Positions 63,301 through 64,000 of a DNA stretch of 64,000 nucleotides are shown piece by piece; within the stretch, counting starts at the first letter, position 1; each line of letters begins with the position of its first letter. Below the pieces are notes generated by a model that was not told the origin of the DNA, did no database searches, and saw nothing but the letters and a program-made list of their open reading frames with translations. The position numbers were made by a program, and so were the translations under genes. Origin of the DNA: Heterodontus francisci. Lineage: Eukaryota. Where the stretch lies: positions 42,688,430 to 42,752,429 of the forward strand of contig NC_090399.1 in assembly GCF_036365525.1 (NCBI RefSeq). Direction: 5' to 3'.

Positions 63301-63715
63301 GATAGGCTTGGGTTGTTCTCGCTGGAGCAGAGAAGACTGAGGGGTGACCTGATTGAGTTGTACAAGATTATGAGGGGCATGGACAGGGTGGATAGGGAGC
63401 AGCTGTTCTCTACTTGAAGGATCAGTTACGAGGGGACACAAGGTTAAGGTGAGGGGCAGGAGGTTTAAGGGGGATTTGAGGAAGAACTTTTTTGACAGTC
63501 TGGAATGCACTGCCTGGGAGGGTAGTAGAGGCGGGTTGCCTCACATCCTTTAAAAAGTACCTGGATGAGCACTTGGCATGTCATAACATTCAAGGCTATG
63601 GGCCAAGTACTGGCAAATGGGATTAGGTAGACAGAGAGGTATCTTTAATGCATCGGTGCAGACTCGATGGGCCGAAGGGCCTCTTCTGCACTGTATTATT
63701 CTGTGATTCTGTGAT
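60311..63715 (+). mobile_element. CR1 LINE with the end of ORF1 (SGNH-esterase-like) and disrupted ORF2; same family as 22541-25310
   Basis: WCRREGFRFLDHWDLYKRDGLHLNQRG ORF1 tail, YFNARSI EN start, RT motifs and attctgtg tail. Confidence 0.95.
60970..61219 (-). mobile_element. Short 3' RTE fragment inserted in the CR1
   Basis: Matches 31843-32096; flanked by a 23-bp duplication cagaggtgtgtaaaaataataat (60947-60969, 61220-61242). Confidence 0.93.
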
Positions 63716-64000
63716 TATTTGAATATGCAGATTAAAATCACCCATGACAATTGCTGTGCCCTTCTTACATGCTTCCATTATTTCCCAATTTATACTTTGT
63801 CCTAAAATGAGGCAACTCTTCAGGGGGCCTACAGACGACTCCAACCCATGACTTCTTCCTCTTGCTATTCCTTATTCCCACCCAAACTTATTCCACATCA
63901 CAATCTATTGCACCTATATCACTACTCACCACCGCACTGATACCTTCCTTTATTAACAAAGCTACCCTACCTCCTTTTCCTTTTTACCTATTTTTCCGGA

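Larger units (their letters stand above)
54693..64000 (-). mobile_element. Old CR1 LINE hosting two nested LINEs (own segments 54693-56597, 59816-60310, 63716-64000)
   Basis: Colinear ORF2 fragments resume across both insertions (tttttgctgc|tttgtatgcc; aatat duplicated around the + CR1); VMGDFNLHI near 63740. Confidence 0.85.

Noticed and set aside
22541-63715. Segmental duplication between 22541-25310 and 60658-63715
   Set aside because: Similarity is confined to the CR1 body and the flanks differ, so these are independent insertions of one family.

Overview
Eukaryotic, repeat-dense window, almost certainly from a shark or other elasmobranch: it carries HE1/V-SINEs, CR1-type LINEs and DeuSINE-like sequence. 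The only host gene I can support is an MHC class I heavy-chain gene on the minus strand. Five exons are readable with GT-AG junctions: alpha1 43163-43423, alpha2 42477-42749, alpha3 36999-37262, TM 12471-12575 and cytoplasmic 11816/11820-11853. The leader exon was not found and probably lies beyond 64000. The frame is open from alpha1 to the cytoplasmic exon, but only 2 of the 8 canonical peptide-terminus residues are kept, so the gene looks non-classical. The 24.4-kb alpha3-TM intron is essentially one Gmr1-type (integrase-before-RT) Gypsy insertion, 12718-36887. Nested in it are a second Gmr1-type element, a MITE, CR1/L2-group LINEs, a near-intact RTE and a SINE; only about 253 bp of pre-insertion intron remain. 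Intron 2 holds a triplicated CCAAT/GC-box plus TATA-like module facing antisense. Other notable items: a tandem array of PBS-like units, a LINE with a tRNA/Deu-SINE head instead of ORF1, Penelope-linked hammerhead motifs and a SWIM-bearing MULE-like relic. The long ORFs at 3-11 kb and 37-42 kb are artefacts of G/C-rich minisatellites and N gaps. Everything here was read by eye; repeat boundaries without a cited TSD are approximate and no database searches were run.
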